Assembly: GCA_963719035.1 (NCBI GenBank)
Contig: CAVRAO010000011.1
Location: 1 to 64,000, forward strand
DNA: 64,000 nucleotides
Direction of reading: 5' to 3'
Origin: Methanobacteriota archaeon
GTDB taxonomy: Archaea; Halobacteriota; Bog-38; Methanoflorentales; Methanoflorentaceae
The notes beneath the pieces were generated by a model. The model was not told the origin of the DNA, ran no database searches, and worked only from the letters and a program-made list of their open reading frames with translations. Numbering within the stretch: the first letter of the stretch is position 1; every line of letters begins with the position of its first letter. Position numbers and translations under genes: made by a program. Of the stretch, positions 62,157 to 64,000 are shown one piece after another.

Positions 62157-62474
62157 GTGCAATTCTTTGTAAGGTGGCGCATTGACAATACAATGCTTGC
62201 TAAGCCCGCTACGCCCGAAGAGATTGGGAAGCTATATTCAGCGATGCTCAAAATGGTAAAAGAGGATCTGCGCTACGGGTCCTTTAGCGCGTTTGGACAG
62301 TTTGGGAACGGCAGGGATGGATATGTCATAAGCGATCTAAAAGACGTAACAGACTTGGCTGCGGTTATGTTCAAGTACCGGCCATATGTTACGTGGAAGA
62401 TCCGTCCGGTGCTTGATGTTGACGAATCGATGGTAGTGATACAGGAAGCAAGTGCGACCGTCAAGCTTGAGTAA
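62157..62474 (+). CDS. Small dimeric alpha/beta-barrel protein (DUF3303-like)
   Basis: GAGGTGA RBS; F.V.W, FGQFGNGRDGYVI, PVLDVDE. Confidence 0.6.
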   Translation: MQFFVRWRIDNTMLAKPATPEEIGKLYSAMLKMVKEDLRYGSFSAFGQFGNGRDGYVISDLKDVTDLAAVMFKYRPYVTWKIRPVLDVDESMVVIQEASATVKLE

Positions 62475-62679
62475 TTTGGTTTAAATGTAATTCAAGCAAT
62501 CTCCTTACCCGCGCGCCACGTCGCCTGCAGGAGGCCGCTCGACGCACCGGAGCAGATCATCCTTTTAGGAGAACATGCTCGAGCTGTGTGTGCTGCGGTA
62601 CAGCGTGTAAACCTTCTTACTGTCCGTTTAAGCAAAAAAGTCGTGAGCGGGTTTTTTAGCTTTTGTTTCAACTCCTGCT

Positions 62680-63178
62680 CTACGAATTAGCGAGATAGTC
62701 TCGATAATTAAGGACGAAATACCTCTTCCCTTTTTTCCGTACGACAAACCCTTCATCCTCGAGCAGTCGTTTCTGAGCTTCAGCGCCACCCGGATATTTC
62801 TCGTTTAGAAATCCATCCGCCTTCAACGTTCGCCAGTATGGAATGTTCAAGAGCGTGCCATCTTGTATGCCCTCTTCCACAGCGTTTGCCGCTGTCATGA
62901 TGAAAATACCAGTAGTAAGCGAGCAGCACGCTTTGACCCCGTGGTTCTTGGCAATTCTCTTACATATCTCCACAATGGTGATGAGCTTACCCGCCGGGAC
63001 ATCTTTCATGACCGCAACAACCTCGCTCGGATTGACCAGAACGACAGGGTCGCCAGGCTCAGCTCCCATTTTGTGCACCGCGTTGTAGCAGGGGAATCGC
63101 TCTTCTAATTCCATCACCTTTGGCAGCCCTTTTTTATCTCCCAGTTTCTGCATCCACGTTTTCTTTTTTGTACGTCAT
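62680..63178 (-). CDS. MGMT/alkyltransferase-like DNA-binding protein
   Basis: VPAGKLIT, ACCSLTTGIF, PYWRTLKADG.LNEKYPGG...LLEDEG. Probable ATG 63178 with one extra A in an A-run. Confidence 0.75.
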
Positions 63179-63276
63179 TAGTCACGCCCCTTGAGTTTCG
63201 CCCCTCCGTTTTTGACCAATCCACGGTCGCGCTTTTTTGCTTCATTAATGTTTTTTGGCAAGCCCCAGCCTCGTTG

Positions 63277-63735
63277 TCACTCTTCCCACCTGTACAACTG
63301 CTTTTTCGTCAGTAAGCGATCACCGTTACAATTAAAACATATCCCATTGTGGCAACATAGCATCCCGCCGCACTTCGAACACTGCCACTTCGCGTTCTCA
63401 CGCTCAATAAAAGCAGCAAGCGAATGCTGTTTGATAAAGACAAGATTTTCGATAAAACTCATGCGATAACGCTTTTGATACCGTGCGTCAATATGTTCTA
63501 AGTTCCTGCACGGGAAACTGCTACATTCGTAACAAAACCGTACGTTGTGATTCAGAAGGAGCTCACATTGTTTCTTTAGAAACGCGCATTTCTTATCTCG
63601 GGGGCGACATCCAGCGCAGTAAGACATTCTCACCCCTTTACGTTTTACATCGTGCTTGCGCGCAAGGTAGCTACTACATACCAAGCAGTTCATGCCGCAC
63701 GGAGCGATGAGTTCGGCTTTTTCAGTCTCGAGCAT
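63277..63735 (-). CDS. DUF3795-family Cys-rich protein
   Basis: IAPCGMNCLVC, CAGCR, FCYEC..FPC, WQCSKCGG. Confidence 0.8.
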   Translation of the reverse strand: MLETEKAELIAPCGMNCLVCSSYLARKHDVKRKGVRMSYCAGCRPRDKKCAFLKKQCELLLNHNVRFCYECSSFPCRNLEHIDARYQKRYRMSFIENLVFIKQHSLAAFIERENAKWQCSKCGGMLCCHNGICFNCNGDRLLTKKQLYRWEE

Positions 63736-63850
63736 AAGCTATCTTGGGGAATTTCGTCTGCCCGCTCATATAATGCTTTCTTTCACCCTAGCTCCGTACA
63801 TTGGTAGCCGTTTATAAACGGGCATAGCGCATCGCCCGCACGTTCCCATC

Positions 63851-63902
63851 ATGTGACGAAAACGTTCTGTCACGCTATGTGACAAAAACGTTCTGTCACG
63901 CT
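63851..63902 (+). repeat. 26-bp tandem repeat x2, each containing GTGACR-N9-TGTCAC
   Basis: ATGTGACRAAAACGTTCTGTCACGCT twice; the same palindrome geometry occurs at 60379-60399. Confidence 0.9.
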
Positions 63903-64000
63903 TTTCCACGAAATCGCAGCCTCACGCGGCCTTATGACAGCACTCCGTGTAGTCTGATTCGGAGATGAGCGTGATGGCAACAAACGCAACGACCATAAAC

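Larger units (their letters stand above)
60394..63999 (+). repeat. 107/106-bp direct repeat (60394-60500 and 63894-63999)
   Basis: Identical except for one indel and one substitution; the second copy runs to the window edge. Confidence 0.95.

Noticed and set aside
63851-63902. Palindromic 26-bp repeats as a CRISPR array
   Set aside because: Only two units, directly adjacent with no spacer, and no cas genes.

Overview
This is archaeal chromosomal DNA. From gene content I infer a methanogen-like Halobacteriota lineage: orc1/cdc6 with a mini-ORB origin, archaeal CoaD, PyrH, Phi, DUF1786, a CBS-protein trio and GGAGG/GGTGA ribosome-binding sites. From left to right the window holds: (1) a ThDP 2-keto-acid decarboxylase; (2) a K+ homeostasis island with kdpC detached from kdpFAB, two TrkA proteins, a Na/K-type (P2C-like) ATPase and a tandem USP; (3) a housekeeping block (hisF, gamma-CA, coaD, yjjX, pyrH, CBS proteins, tmk, aminotransferase) ending in cdc6 and a probable oriC; (4) a ~17-kb metal/corrinoid island (nikR-QO, nikMN, two nicotianamine-synthase-like genes, radical SAM, a second CbiM, duplicated cbiZ, btuFCD); (5) an exonuclease-dead family A DNA polymerase; (6) surface proteins; (7) a complete Ku/Lig/PE-Pol NHEJ operon; (8) small accessory genes flanked by a 107-bp direct repeat carrying a Cys4 microprotein start. 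The best candidate for an undescribed system is at 35.9-39.5 kb. Two convergent paralogous cassettes each consist of a small AbrB-like protein gene followed by a predicted ~110-120-nt non-coding RNA. Both RNAs share a GTGCTGGG/CCCAGCAC stem whose loop exposes an anti-Shine-Dalgarno-like sequence. Three promoters there carry 11-bp-phased TCTAWTAGA repeats abutting the TATA box. Many single-base frameshifts (kdpA, kdpC, USP, radical SAM, cbiM, btuD, Ku, LigD-Pol) look like uncorrected long-read errors, so pseudogene calls are provisional. No rRNA, tRNA or CRISPR array was seen. All family assignments come from motif recognition by eye; no searches were run.
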